64,000 nucleotides of DNA from Octopus sinensis. Its lineage: Eukaryota. A program made the translations under genes and the position numbers. The notes below the pieces were generated by a model that did no database searches, was not told the DNA's origin, and saw nothing but the letters and a program-made list of their open reading frames with translations. Positions 63,941 through 64,000 of this stretch are shown in pieces (positions within the stretch are counted from its first letter, which is position 1; each line of letters opens with the position of its first letter). The DNA lies in the NCBI RefSeq assembly GCF_006345805.1, contig NC_043001.1, forward strand, positions 91,636,001 to 91,700,000, in the 5' to 3' direction.

Positions 63941-64000
63941 GACAATGTGTGGTAAGAAGTCTGCTTCCCAACCACATGGTTATGGGTTCAATTCCACTGC

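Overview
This is an AT-rich eukaryotic window with no host gene I can identify confidently. The SINE families, mariners and very dense (TA)n, (CA)n, (CATA)n, (TCTA)n and (TAA)n arrays match my recollection of Octopus (cephalopod) genomes; this is an inference. Almost all ORFs in the supplied track are microsatellite translations. Recognisable coding relics are four mariner remnants plus one 5'-end fragment (the most complete at 30533-31745), a Tc1 remnant (61453-62362), two distinct Penelope-like elements with a C-terminal GIY-YIG domain (41244-42540 and 54385-56760), and two R4/Dong-type RLE LINE 3' fragments. The window also holds about 50 tRNA-derived SINE copies or fragments, Helentron/HINE-like and Lep1-like non-autonomous elements, and an ~810-bp fold-back element with a telomere-like (TTAGGG) core. 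There is a 100-N gap at 60436-60535. The most notable observations are: (i) a near-canonical minimal type-I hammerhead ribozyme at 52648-52699 (-), plus three hammerhead-like variants with an extra core nucleotide; (ii) six inverted duplications or palindromes, most anchored at microsatellites; (iii) SINEs built combinatorially from 2 heads and 3 tails; (iv) two different retroelements stacked in one (TAA)n array; (v) multi-layer nested insertions with clear TSDs.
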